Source: Candidatus Iainarchaeum sp. | GTDB taxonomy: Archaea; Iainarchaeota; Iainarchaeia; Iainarchaeales; JAFCCW01 | Assembly (NCBI GenBank): GCA_017609985.1 | Contig: JAFCCW010000001.1 | Coordinates: 64,001-128,000 of the forward strand | DNA: 64,000 nucleotides | Reading direction: 5' to 3' | Shown here: piece by piece, positions 28,664 through 38,244 of the stretch | How the letters are laid out: the number at the start of each line of letters is the position of its first letter | How positions within the stretch are numbered: the first letter of the stretch is position 1 | Translations under genes and position numbers: made by a program | Notes under the pieces: generated by a model | Seen by the model: only the letters and a program-made list of their open reading frames with translations | What the model was told of the DNA's origin: nothing | The model's database searches: none

Positions 28664-31122
28664 CAACACACCTCCGCGACGGACTTTTTTGATTTATTAG
28701 ATTTATCTAATTTTCCAGAATTTTCTTTTTTAATTGAAACCTCTTTTTCAGTTGAACTCTCCTCTTCAGCACCCTGCACAGCAGAGCGAACAAAACCACG
28801 AGAAATCTTGTCACAATCCTTACAAATAGTAAATTCAGGAGAAATAACTATCTGCGCACTAGGAGTATTGTCCCATGTTCTCTTAACAAGCTCAAAAATT
28901 GCTGCTGGATCCGGCTTTTGTTCTCCAAGAAAAACATGAGTTATTGCGCCAGATTCAATGAGTGTATTGAACTTCGCTTGTTTATCAATTCTTTCGATTA
29001 TATCAACCTCTGAATTAGGAGAAAAATGAACCGAGTTTGTATAATACACATTCTCAGAAGCAACATCGCCCTGAACATAGTCTTTAACAAAATCAAAACG
29101 TCTTAAATCAACTTTAGCCATTCGAGAAGACGCACTCTCAGCAGGAGTTTCCTCGAGAGTAAACTTTAGCTTGTGTTCTTTTTCAAGAGCCTTTACCTTG
29201 AGATACATTGCAGAGATTATCTTGAGACCCTCTTTGTAAGCATCTTCAGACTCATGAAGTTCTTTGTCAGTCAAATACTTAACACACTCATTCAATCCAA
29301 TTATCCCAATAATATAAGTTGCCTTGTCAGTATCAACATATTTTCTGCCATCTTCAGCAACTTTTCCAATCTGCCAGAGAGGCATGTGAGGAGCAGACAT
29401 AAGCTGGTCAATAAATTTCTTCTTTTGGAGATGTGCCTTTACAGCTAAATCCATCATGGCTTCAACAGTTTTAATTGTTTTACCAGTGTTCTTGGATGAC
29501 TTGAAAGCAGCCTGAGGCAAATTAATGCTTACATTCTGAAAACCACAAAAGCGCATGCTCTCAGGATGCAACACCATATAATTGTCAGTAATTTCAGTGC
29601 GAAGTCTGCAACACATTGAAAGATTTACCTCATCGCGATCAAAAATAAAATAAGGAGAACCATTCTCAGAAGCAATTACACAAGCTTCGCTCAAAAGCTC
29701 GCGCTGTTTTGGATCATCAAAAGAATCCTGATTAACATGAAGATCAAATTTTGGAAATGGAAAAGGAAGATTGTTTCTGTCACCCTCTCTCCAAACCTCC
29801 ATCAAAGCCCTGCAAAATTGCTGAGCCTCTGCTTCAAAATCAAGATAAGTTAAAATCTTTCCATCAGCAGACTGCTCAAGCTCGCCGTTCTTGTTTCTGG
29901 GAACCTCATCAAGTTTCTCAATCGATCCGTCCTTCTTTTCAAGCATATATTTTCCGCCAGGACCGATGGCAGGAACATTCTTGAGATAAGAAGGGATTCC
30001 GGTGTGAATATTAAAATCAATAAAGAGTGTCTGGCCACCTCTAGAAAATGCATTCTGAGAACAAGAAAAAATCAAATACTGTGCTTCCTGCTTCATTCGC
30101 TCAAAAGACATTCCGCGCATTAGCGGCGCATAAAAAAGATTAACATAACTTATTCCAAGAGCCCCGGCATAGTAAGCCTGCATGGAAGCAAGAAAAGTGT
30201 TAAGATGGCCAGTGAGAGTCTGAGCATGCTTTGCGGGCGCAGAAACAGTTGAAAGATTCTCAAGCTTGAGACCATATTTTTTGATATACTCCAAAGAATG
30301 CGCAGAACAATAAGTTCTTATTGGATAACCCAAGTCATGAAGGTGAATTGCACCCTCAAGATGAGCCTTAGAAATATCTTTAGAAAAAAGATTATTCAAC
30401 GCAAACTGTTTCAGGATATTTTCCGCAATCGAAAGATTAACTGCTTCAGGATTGTTAGCAGCAACATTTGAATTCTCATTACTCATAGAACTTATGAGTT
30501 GTTTCAAATCATACACCGGCATTCCAATAAGAGTCTGCTTCTCAAGTTTTGACTGATAACCACGATCAAATAATTCAGTGTCAACCAAAGCACGAATAAG
30601 AGAAGTTGAAATCTTCTTCAAACCAGATTTAAAAATTCGCTCCTCAACAGCATCAGCTATTTCCTCTGCCTCAGCAAGAGGAATGCTTGCCTCTTTATGG
30701 AGCGCAGAAGCAATCTTGGATTTACTCCACTCAAATAATTCATCCTTGGAAGAGGGCTCCACCAACAAAAGCAAGTCAGTAGAAGAAGCCTTGCCCCTTA
30801 CCTTTTTCCTTACTTGAATCTTAGAACGCATTCTCTTGCGCTCGTCCCTGTAAAGAATAAATGCTTTTGCAGTCTTTGCCCTGCCATCTTCAATAAGAAT
30901 TTTTTCAACAGAATCCTGAACCTCCTCTATGGTTGGGCTCTTGCCGCCAAAACTCCGCCTTAAATCATTAGTAACTTTTCTGGCAATATTTCTTGCAGAA
31001 CCATAATCCTTGCCACCGACAGACTTAGCAGCCTTAAAAATTGCATTTGCAATTTTCTCCTCATTAAAAGGAACAAACCGCCCGTCTCTTTTTTGAACAT
31101 TAGTGAAAAATTCTTCAACCAT
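28663..31122 (-). CDS. nrdD: Class III ribonucleotide reductase large chain lacking the Gly-radical loop
   Basis: ATP-cone (VQKRDG), second cone-like region, IHLHDL, SRGGQ, SMCCRL, ETPAES, YYTNS; ends after CKDC and a charged tail. Confidence 0.93.
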   Translation of the reverse strand: MVEEFFTNVQKRDGRFVPFNEEKIANAIFKAAKSVGGKDYGSARNIARKVTNDLRRSFGGKSPTIEEVQDSVEKILIEDGRAKTAKAFILYRDERKRMRSKIQVRKKVRGKASSTDLLLLVEPSSKDELFEWSKSKIASALHKEASIPLAEAEEIADAVEERIFKSGLKKISTSLIRALVDTELFDRGYQSKLEKQTLIGMPVYDLKQLISSMSNENSNVAANNPEAVNLSIAENILKQFALNNLFSKDISKAHLEGAIHLHDLGYPIRTYCSAHSLEYIKKYGLKLENLSTVSAPAKHAQTLTGHLNTFLASMQAYYAGALGISYVNLFYAPLMRGMSFERMKQEAQYLIFSCSQNAFSRGGQTLFIDFNIHTGIPSYLKNVPAIGPGGKYMLEKKDGSIEKLDEVPRNKNGELEQSADGKILTYLDFEAEAQQFCRALMEVWREGDRNNLPFPFPKFDLHVNQDSFDDPKQRELLSEACVIASENGSPYFIFDRDEVNLSMCCRLRTEITDNYMVLHPESMRFCGFQNVSINLPQAAFKSSKNTGKTIKTVEAMMDLAVKAHLQKKKFIDQLMSAPHMPLWQIGKVAEDGRKYVDTDKATYIIGIIGLNECVKYLTDKELHESEDAYKEGLKIISAMYLKVKALEKEHKLKFTLEETPAESASSRMAKVDLRRFDFVKDYVQGDVASENVYYTNSVHFSPNSEVDIIERIDKQAKFNTLIESGAITHVFLGEQKPDPAAIFELVKRTWDNTPSAQIVISPEFTICKDCDKISRGFVRSAVQGAEEESSTEKEVSIKKENSGKLDKSNKSKKSVAEVC

Positions 31123-31501
31123 AAAACACACCTGTTTTTTTCAAGCATAATAGAGATAGCTTTTTTGTTTATAAAAGATTACTAAGAAAAGACAACAGTT
31201 AGGAAAAAGCAGTAAACCAAGGTTAAAAGTTCGGAAAGCTAAGGGATATTGCTTGTTTGCGCATTGAGAGTTTGTTTTTTTTCCTAAAAAAACCAGTTTC
31301 CCAAGAAAATACTAAAAAACAGCAGTAAAAAACAACAAAAAGCAAATAAAAAACAAATGAAAAACAAAACAAAAATAGAATAAATGCAAATTAAGCAGGG
31401 TTAGATGAAAAGAGAAACTAGAATTGAAAACCAAAAGCCAGAGGACAGAGGCTAAAAACTAAACTCTGAAAACTGAAAACAGAAATTAATAAAACAAAAA
31501 A

Positions 31502-31900
31502 TTAGTGCTGTGGAGAAAAAATGGAAGACTGGGGAGCTAAAGAACCAGATTTAACAGGGGATGAAATTTCTTTGGCAATCTGCCTCAAATCTGTGCTTCC
31601 GATTGAATGATTCTTTTCCAAAGAAGGCTTCTTGAAAACTTTTACAAACGGGCCAGTGCTTATTGGAACTGGTTTTCGCTTAAGCTTCTTGGAATCAGCT
31701 CTTTTCTGAAGAAGAAGATCATGAAGGCTTTGGTTTCCCTCAATAATTTCAGCAGAAACAAAATTACAATCCCTGCACTCATAAATTTCCCCCCAAGTCT
31801 CAGGAGTACAAACCAGATTGTCTTTGACATAAGTTTCAGCGCCAAGTTTCACAAAAACAGACTTTGAAAGACATTTTGGACAGATGCATAAAATCTTCAA
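31502..31900 (-). CDS. Hypothetical Zn-ribbon protein
   Basis: CPKC...YECRDC. Confidence 0.65.
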   Translation of the reverse strand: MKILCICPKCLSKSVFVKLGAETYVKDNLVCTPETWGEIYECRDCNFVSAEIIEGNQSLHDLLLQKRADSKKLKRKPVPISTGPFVKVFKKPSLEKNHSIGSTDLRQIAKEISSPVKSGSLAPQSSIFSPQH

Positions 31901-32057
31901 TTATATCACTTGTTGGGAGTTTAGCCTTCCGCTTGAAAGCTTGAAAAACTGAATATTATTAATATATTCTTATATAAAAGCTTTGCCGAAAAAAAAGCAG
32001 AAATACACAAAAAACCACCCACAAAAGCTTAAAAACACCTGCAACAAAGATATTTGT

Positions 32058-32325
32058 GGGCTAGGTTGGGCCGTCAGCGGTGGCTTGTAACCGGAAATCC
32101 GCTTTATGCCGGAACCGAAGCAGATGGAAAGAGCTTCAAATCGCGAAAAAGCCGCTTTTGCAGCGTCGAACTCCTGTCCTTAAAGAGGCCATGTTAGAGC
32201 AAATCCGCCAGGGTCGGAAGACAGCAACGGTAACTCTGATAAGGACTGCTTTAGGGGTCGCGGGAGGGAGCTGTAAAAACGTTCACTTTTTTACGAAATT
32301 TGGGGTGCGATTCATCTGTGTGCCC
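32058..32325 (+). ncRNA. ffs: Signal recognition particle RNA (large type with Alu domain)
   Basis: Helix 8 motif CCAGG-GTC-GGAA-GAC-AGCA (32208-32226); Alu TGTAA motif; terminal GGGC/GCCC pairing; GC-rich island. Confidence 0.9.
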
Positions 32326-32398
32326 ATTTATCCTCAAAAAAAAGAAAGAATTAAATACAAGAAAAATATTATCTTTTTGGTTCAAAAAAGGTGTTTAA

Positions 32399-32710
32399 GT
32401 GGATGAAGAACGAATTCCAGTCAAAGAACTAATTGAACAGATGAGACGAGAGCTAATGCAAGATCAAGGAAGCAAAGCAAAGCCAAAAACAACAAAACCA
32501 AAGAAAAGTGTGAAAAAGAAGAGAAAATCAAAAACAACAAAAAAAAGAAGCCCAGCAAAAAAGAAAAAAACCACTAAAAATAAACCAGTAGCAAGAAAAA
32601 AAGCAACAAAGAAAAAGAAAACAGCGAAGAAAAAAACAGCAACAAAGAAAAAAACAACCACTAAAAGAAAAACAAGATGCAGAGCCAAACCCAGAAAAAA
32701 GAGAAAATGA
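32399..32710 (+). CDS. Lys-rich histone-H1-like protein
   Basis: SD AGGTG; short helical N-terminus then KKTT/KKAT repeats. Confidence 0.65.
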   Translation: MDEERIPVKELIEQMRRELMQDQGSKAKPKTTKPKKSVKKKRKSKTTKKRSPAKKKKTTKNKPVARKKATKKKKTAKKKTATKKKTTTKRKTRCRAKPRKKRK

Positions 32711-33046
32711 TTATTTGATTTCTGATTTTACTTCCCGCATCAAAGAATTAATTGTTTTCTGCAAAGCAGTTATAAGTTTCCAGTCCCAACTAGACGCAAC
32801 AAAATTTAAGCCAGGAACAGAAGCACGGAGTTTTATAGAATGCTTTCTTCTAAGACCGTCAGAAGAATGCTGTTTGAAATGAACCACAAAAAGCAATTCA
32901 TTGCTCAAAATAGTTGAAATTTTATCATAAGTTGATTCGATAGTACTGTTAATTTTTGCAGCATCGATTTCATCAACATCCGGAGCACCAACAATTTGAA
33001 TATTCCTTTTTGCAGAAGAAAAATAACTCGCAACAGGATTACTCAT
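32711..33046 (-). CDS. HPF/RaiA-like fold protein (putative ribosome hibernation factor)
   Basis: IQIVG...VVHFKQH...KHSIKLR...FVASSWDWKL..AL...L.REV pattern. Confidence 0.5.
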   Translation of the reverse strand: MSNPVASYFSSAKRNIQIVGAPDVDEIDAAKINSTIESTYDKISTILSNELLFVVHFKQHSSDGLRRKHSIKLRASVPGLNFVASSWDWKLITALQKTINSLMREVKSEIK

Positions 33047-33723
33047 TTTAACCCCCTTGCCAAATCAAGAATTGAGTCTTTTGGATTCTCGCTTTTAACA
33101 ATACCGGAAGCAACAAATACCCCCACAGTTCCGAGTTCCAAAGCTTTTTTAACATCAGCCATGTCCTTAATTCCCGCGCCAGTCACAACATCAATGGAAG
33201 AATTTACAAGCTTTACTTTTTCAACAGTCTCAGTTATTAGCTCAGGCTTTGCATTTGAAACACTCACCTCCCCCCCAATGAGTTCAGGAGGCTCAACAGC
33301 AATAAGGCCAGGAGCAGGATTCATGGAAGCTAGTTCAATAGCTCTGTCAACTGACTCAGCACAAACCATTACCTCTAACCCAGCTTCCTTTGCGCGCTGA
33401 ATTGCGGATTGAACAAAAGAATTGTCCTTTTTGTTTTCAGCATGATTAAGAACAGCCCCCACAGCACCAGCAAACTTAACTGCCTCTGGAAGAATATGGC
33501 CCGTGTTGGAACCAAAAGAAACTGGATCAAGATGCTGTGAAAAAACAGGAATAGAAACTTTTTCAGCAACCATCCGCAAATCAATTGCTTGGGGCACAAC
33601 TGCAATAGACACGTTCTCTGAAATAGAAACAGATTCTGCAGAAAGTGCAAGCGCAAGCGCGTTCTCAGAAGTAGCCTGTTCATAAGTTTTGAAATTGATG
33701 AAAATAACAGGCTTATTGAGCAT
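33043..33723 (-). CDS. tpiA: Triosephosphate isomerase (archaeal type)
   Basis: INFKTY, LNHAE, AVEPPELIG, GAGI, VFVASG. Confidence 0.96.
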   Translation of the reverse strand: MLNKPVIFINFKTYEQATSENALALALSAESVSISENVSIAVVPQAIDLRMVAEKVSIPVFSQHLDPVSFGSNTGHILPEAVKFAGAVGAVLNHAENKKDNSFVQSAIQRAKEAGLEVMVCAESVDRAIELASMNPAPGLIAVEPPELIGGEVSVSNAKPELITETVEKVKLVNSSIDVVTGAGIKDMADVKKALELGTVGVFVASGIVKSENPKDSILDLARGLK

Positions 33724-33835
33724 AAATAATATAAAACACCAAAAAGAATAAAATTAGAATAATGCAAACAAAACATCTGCGAAAAAGGGTTCCAAAAGTA
33801 CTATAATAATTTACCAAACAGCATTATTTTAGAAA

Positions 33836-35701
33836 ATGAAGAAAAAAAAAACAAACCTGAAAGAACTCATTAACGAAGTAAAGAGCAAAAATTCAGATGC
33901 AAACATCGCCCTTATCAAAAAAGCATTTGAAAAAGCCACTGCCAAAAACACTAGCAAAATAAGAAATATGGAAGAACTCAAAACACATCTTTTGAACAGC
34001 GCAATCACTATAGCAAAATTAAACCTGGGGGAAGAAGCAGTAAACGCAACACTGTTGCATGAAACAGGAAACACGCAAGAAGAAATTGAAAAAATCAAAC
34101 ACGATTTTGGAAAAGCCACAGCACAACTTGTTGAAGAGATAACAAAGATAACAGAAATTGAAGAAAACAACAGGGGAAAAATTTCAAATGAAGTTCTGAG
34201 CAGGGTAATACTTTCAACAGGCAAAGACATCAGATCAGTATTTATAAAACTTGCAACAACTCAGCAAAATATTGAAGATATTGACCTCTGGAAAGAAAAA
34301 GGAGAAAAAATGGCAGAAATCACTGCCCAGGCGTATGTTCCGATTTGTCACAAACTTGGATTAAAAGAAATGGAGTGGAACATGCGAGACCTTGCATTCA
34401 AAAAGCTTGAGCCGGAAGAATACGCAAAAATAAAAAAAAACATAGGTCAAAAAAGAGAAAAAAGAGAAAGAGAAGTTAATGAACTTGTTGAAGAACTAAC
34501 AAACGAACTTCAAAAACAAAAAATGAAAGTATATGTGTATGGGCGACCAAAAAGTTTTTACAGCATCTACAAAAAACTAAAAACCGGAAAACAAATTGAA
34601 GAAATTCATGATTTGCTAGCAGCAAGAATAATTTGCGACTCAATCAAAGAATGTTACGAAGCACTCTCCGTAGTGCATTCCTTATTCAAGCCTGTTTCAA
34701 AAGACTTCAAGGATTATATTGCAAGCCCAAAGAAAAACAATTACAAAAGCATTCACACCGCAATGGAATGGAGAAAAAAAATTGTAGAAATACAAATAAG
34801 AACCTGGGAAATGCACGCAGAAGCAGAACTAGGAATCGCAGCGCACTGGAAATACAAGGAATTTCAAAAAGACCAGTATTTTGATCAAAAACTTGGCTGG
34901 GCAAGACAGTTAGCAGACTGGCAACAAAAAGAAAAAAATGCAATTGATGTAATGAAAAGTTTAAAGTTAGATATTGGAGAAAACAAGATATTTGTTCTGA
35001 CCCCACAAAAAAAAGTTGTTGTTCTTCCGGAAGGTTCAACCCCAATAGACTTTGCATTCGCAATCCATTCAGAAATAGGTTACAAATGCAAATTAGCAAA
35101 AGTTAACGGAAAAATAGTGCCATTAAACCAGATTCTGGAAAATGCAGACACAATAGAAATAATTACATCCCCCAAAGACCAGGCAAAAAGCCAATGGATA
35201 AGTTTTGTGAGGCTAGACAAAGCAATAACAAAACTCAAACAAAAACTTGGCATAAAAGAAAAACAAGAAAAGAAAAAACACAAAATCGTTGGGAAAAAAA
35301 GCAGAAAAAACATTAGAATTGCAAACTGCTGCAAACCAATTCCCGGAGACCCAATACAAGGATACAAAACAACAAAAAGAAAAATAAGCGTGCACAAAAA
35401 AGAATGCAAAAACCTGAGCACGATTGAAACAGGAAAATTAGTAGAAATAAGCTGGGAAGGCCTTGGAGGCGAATTCCAAGCAGAGATATATATCCGCGCA
35501 GAAGACAGACCAGAAATTCTCAGAAATCTTTTAGATGAAACAGCAAAAGAAAAAATAAAAATATACTCAACCAGCGCAAAAGCCAAAGCAAACGCGATTG
35601 AATGCATATTCAAGATAGGGATAAAAAACGCAAACCAGCTTGAAAAACTAATTAACAGACTTGAAAAGGTACCTGGCACCCACAGCGTGAAAAGAAGATA
35701 A
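33836..35701 (+). CDS. Long RelA/SpoT homolog ((p)ppGpp synthetase) with degenerate HD domain
   Basis: GRPKSFYSIYKK, DLLAARII, KDYIASPK..NYKSIHT, EIQIRT; TGS STPIDFAFAIH; CC domain ANCCKPIPGD; C-terminal ACT. Confidence 0.93.
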   Translation: MKKKKTNLKELINEVKSKNSDANIALIKKAFEKATAKNTSKIRNMEELKTHLLNSAITIAKLNLGEEAVNATLLHETGNTQEEIEKIKHDFGKATAQLVEEITKITEIEENNRGKISNEVLSRVILSTGKDIRSVFIKLATTQQNIEDIDLWKEKGEKMAEITAQAYVPICHKLGLKEMEWNMRDLAFKKLEPEEYAKIKKNIGQKREKREREVNELVEELTNELQKQKMKVYVYGRPKSFYSIYKKLKTGKQIEEIHDLLAARIICDSIKECYEALSVVHSLFKPVSKDFKDYIASPKKNNYKSIHTAMEWRKKIVEIQIRTWEMHAEAELGIAAHWKYKEFQKDQYFDQKLGWARQLADWQQKEKNAIDVMKSLKLDIGENKIFVLTPQKKVVVLPEGSTPIDFAFAIHSEIGYKCKLAKVNGKIVPLNQILENADTIEIITSPKDQAKSQWISFVRLDKAITKLKQKLGIKEKQEKKKHKIVGKKSRKNIRIANCCKPIPGDPIQGYKTTKRKISVHKKECKNLSTIETGKLVEISWEGLGGEFQAEIYIRAEDRPEILRNLLDETAKEKIKIYSTSAKAKANAIECIFKIGIKNANQLEKLINRLEKVPGTHSVKRR

Positions 35702-35747
35702 AAGAAAATTATATTAATAAGAAAAACAGTAATAAAGATGTGATAAA

Positions 35748-36488
35748 ATGAATAGGGTAAAAACAGGAATAAAAGGATTAGACACATTGGTCGAAGGCGG
35801 GTTTCCAAAAGGCAGAAGTGTGCTTGTAAGCGGAGGTTGCGGAACAGGAAAAACAATTCTGTCAATGCAATATATTTACAGCGGAGCCAAAGACTTTGGA
35901 GAACCAGGAGTGTATGTGACACTTGATGAAAGACCAGATTTGTTAAGAGAAGATTGTTTAAGATTTGGATGGGATTTAGCCAAGCTTGAAGACAAAAACC
36001 TGATGCAGATAATAGACGGAAGCATTGCAAAACTTGGAATTCCATCAGAAGAAGAATTCTCACTCCCAGTAACCGGATTTGATATAGATAAGCTATTGTT
36101 GGAAACAATGAGAATAATAAAAAGAATTGGGGCAAAGCGTGTTGTGATAGACTCTATTCCCGCACTCGGATTCAATTTCAAAGACGAAAACGAAGTGAGA
36201 AAAGCAATACTCAAACTTAGCTATATGTTAATGAGAAGCGGAGTAACATCCATAATGACAAGTGAAGTAGCAGAAGGAGACCAAAGATATGGCAAGTATG
36301 GAGTAGAAGAATATGTGGTTGACGGAGTAATTGTGTTACACTACATGGGGGTTGGAACCCAAAGCAATAGAACGCTTCATGTCAGGAAAATGAGAGCAAC
36401 AAACCACAGCGAAGACCTTCACCCACTCAAGATAGGAAAAAAAGGAATAGAAATAAGCAAAATAGAAGACGAATACAACGATGTTTAA
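35748..36488 (+). CDS. KaiC/RAD55-family single-domain ATPase
   Basis: TGIKGLD, GGCGTGKT, VVIDS, VEEYVVDG, KMR. Confidence 0.9.
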   Translation: MNRVKTGIKGLDTLVEGGFPKGRSVLVSGGCGTGKTILSMQYIYSGAKDFGEPGVYVTLDERPDLLREDCLRFGWDLAKLEDKNLMQIIDGSIAKLGIPSEEEFSLPVTGFDIDKLLLETMRIIKRIGAKRVVIDSIPALGFNFKDENEVRKAILKLSYMLMRSGVTSIMTSEVAEGDQRYGKYGVEEYVVDGVIVLHYMGVGTQSNRTLHVRKMRATNHSEDLHPLKIGKKGIEISKIEDEYNDV

Positions 36489-38104
36489 ATTCCTGCTTCC
36501 TTGATTCTTTCAATACATTTTTCTTTCCCCAGCGCAAAAACAAGCGTGCCAATCTTTGGACCGCGTTCTTTACCCACTAAAATAAGATAAAGCGCCTTAA
36601 AAAGATTTCCTGGGGAAACACCAGCAGACTTAGCAGTTTCAAAAACAGCAGTCTGAATCAAATCAGGAGAATCAAGAGGTTCAATTTTCTTAGAAAGCTC
36701 TGTAAAAAGAGAAATAATTTCAGAATCAACTCCAAGCAATAGCTTTTTGTCAAACTCTTCCAAAAAACCAAGTTTGAATTCAGGAGGAGCATATTTTTCA
36801 ACCCAAGTTTTAGCAAAACCAAGCGTTTCCAAAAACAATTCTTTTTCATAACCAGAAAGTTTTTTTGAAATATACTTACTTTCAATAAGAATTTTCTCCA
36901 AACTCTCAAAATCGTTCACAAAATCAACAAGTTGAGCAAGCTGAATCGCAAAACTGTAAGAAAGTTTTACTGGCATTTTTTTGGGAAGTTTTGAGATAGC
37001 AGAAAATTCAAAATCAAGTTTAATTTTTTCAGAAAGCTTGTCAGTTTGCGCAGATTCCAAACCATAAAAAATCCGTTCCGCTCGCTCAAACCTACCCATG
37101 AGCAATACAAAAGAGTTGCCAGAAAGATCAAAATCAATAACTTTATTCGGACGATAATTAAAATTCAAAAACCGAAATGCTTCAGGAGGCGCAACTTCAA
37201 CCCAGTCAGACAAAGTAGTAACGTTTCCAACAGAGCCAGCCATTTTCCTGCCCCCAATCTGAATAAATTCAGTTGGAAGCTGATATGGAGGCGGAGTTCC
37301 AAAAACTTCCCGAATCATTGCGTGCCCAACATCAACACTGCTTCCTTTTGAAAAATGATCCTTTCCCCCGGATTCAAAATCAACCTTGTGCAAAAGCCAG
37401 TGCGCAACCCAATGAACACGCCAATGAAGTTTTCCATTTCCATCAAACGGAGATTTTTTTCCATTGTGCCCGCAAGCACTGCAAGAGTACTCAACTTCTT
37501 TTCCGTCCCAAGAAAGAGCATCAGTAAAATAAATCTTCCCGCAAGAATCACAAAAAACCTGAACTGGGAGGAAAGAAGATTTTTTGTCAGCCCCAGCCAC
37601 TCTATTCCAAACTTCAACGATTTTTTCAGACTTGTCAAGAGATTCAGAGATAAGAGAATTAAACTTTCCAGATTTATAAGTTTGAAAAGCAGAAACAATA
37701 TTCAGATCAACACCAAATTTTTCAATTACAGAAACAACATCTGAAACAAAAGCATCAGCCCAGGAATTAAATCCCTTAATTGGAGATGGCGCCAACGCAC
37801 AAGGAACCCCAAGAAAATTTTTTTCATCAGATTTCTTTATCCCAAGAGGAGGGGGAATTTTTTTAACCGCATCAAAATCATCAATGATAAAATTTTGAGA
37901 CACCTTAACCCCCTTATCCTCAAGAGCGCGCTTGACCGAGTAAGGAGTGAAAATTTCAGGCCTTGAGTTTCCAATATGAAAAAAACCAGACGGTGTCCAC
38001 ATACCTTGACAAACATAATTCTTTTTGTTACGCTTCAACACTTCTGAAGCCGCAGACTCAGCCCAACTGGAAGCATCAGAATTTGATTTATTTTTTCTGC
38101 CCAT
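36485..38104 (-). CDS. lysS: Lysyl-tRNA synthetase, class I
   Basis: TPSGFFHIGN, GKLHWRVHW, GKDH, KMAGS, GPKIG. Confidence 0.94.
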   Translation of the reverse strand: MGRKNKSNSDASSWAESAASEVLKRNKKNYVCQGMWTPSGFFHIGNSRPEIFTPYSVKRALEDKGVKVSQNFIIDDFDAVKKIPPPLGIKKSDEKNFLGVPCALAPSPIKGFNSWADAFVSDVVSVIEKFGVDLNIVSAFQTYKSGKFNSLISESLDKSEKIVEVWNRVAGADKKSSFLPVQVFCDSCGKIYFTDALSWDGKEVEYSCSACGHNGKKSPFDGNGKLHWRVHWVAHWLLHKVDFESGGKDHFSKGSSVDVGHAMIREVFGTPPPYQLPTEFIQIGGRKMAGSVGNVTTLSDWVEVAPPEAFRFLNFNYRPNKVIDFDLSGNSFVLLMGRFERAERIFYGLESAQTDKLSEKIKLDFEFSAISKLPKKMPVKLSYSFAIQLAQLVDFVNDFESLEKILIESKYISKKLSGYEKELFLETLGFAKTWVEKYAPPEFKLGFLEEFDKKLLLGVDSEIISLFTELSKKIEPLDSPDLIQTAVFETAKSAGVSPGNLFKALYLILVGKERGPKIGTLVFALGKEKCIERIKEAGI

Positions 38105-38244
38105 ATAAAAAAGTTTCCCGGCAAACAGTTAAAAAACAATTGATAAAAATTTTTTCAACAAAAAAAGGAAAGAAATAAATTTAAATACCAGAACGCTGTT
38201 AATAACAAATCTTTTTTATAAAACTTCAAAGGAGGTAAACAAGA

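Noticed and set aside
28654-28665. Selenocysteine or stop readthrough of the nrdD TGA
   Set aside because: In-frame readthrough gives TGA TGG AAT TAA and stops at once; the radical domain is in the -1 frame
26549-31122. Inteins in RadA or NrdD
   Set aside because: No large insertion and no splice-junction or LAGLIDADG motifs
32080-32406. 108-aa ORF in the track
   Set aside because: Overlaps the SRP RNA; a by-product of GC-rich structural RNA
35080-36135. Long F/S/L-rich antisense ORFs (also 10924-11889, 9211-9879, 38155-38502 and others)
   Set aside because: Shadows of A-rich K/E-coding genes on the opposite strand
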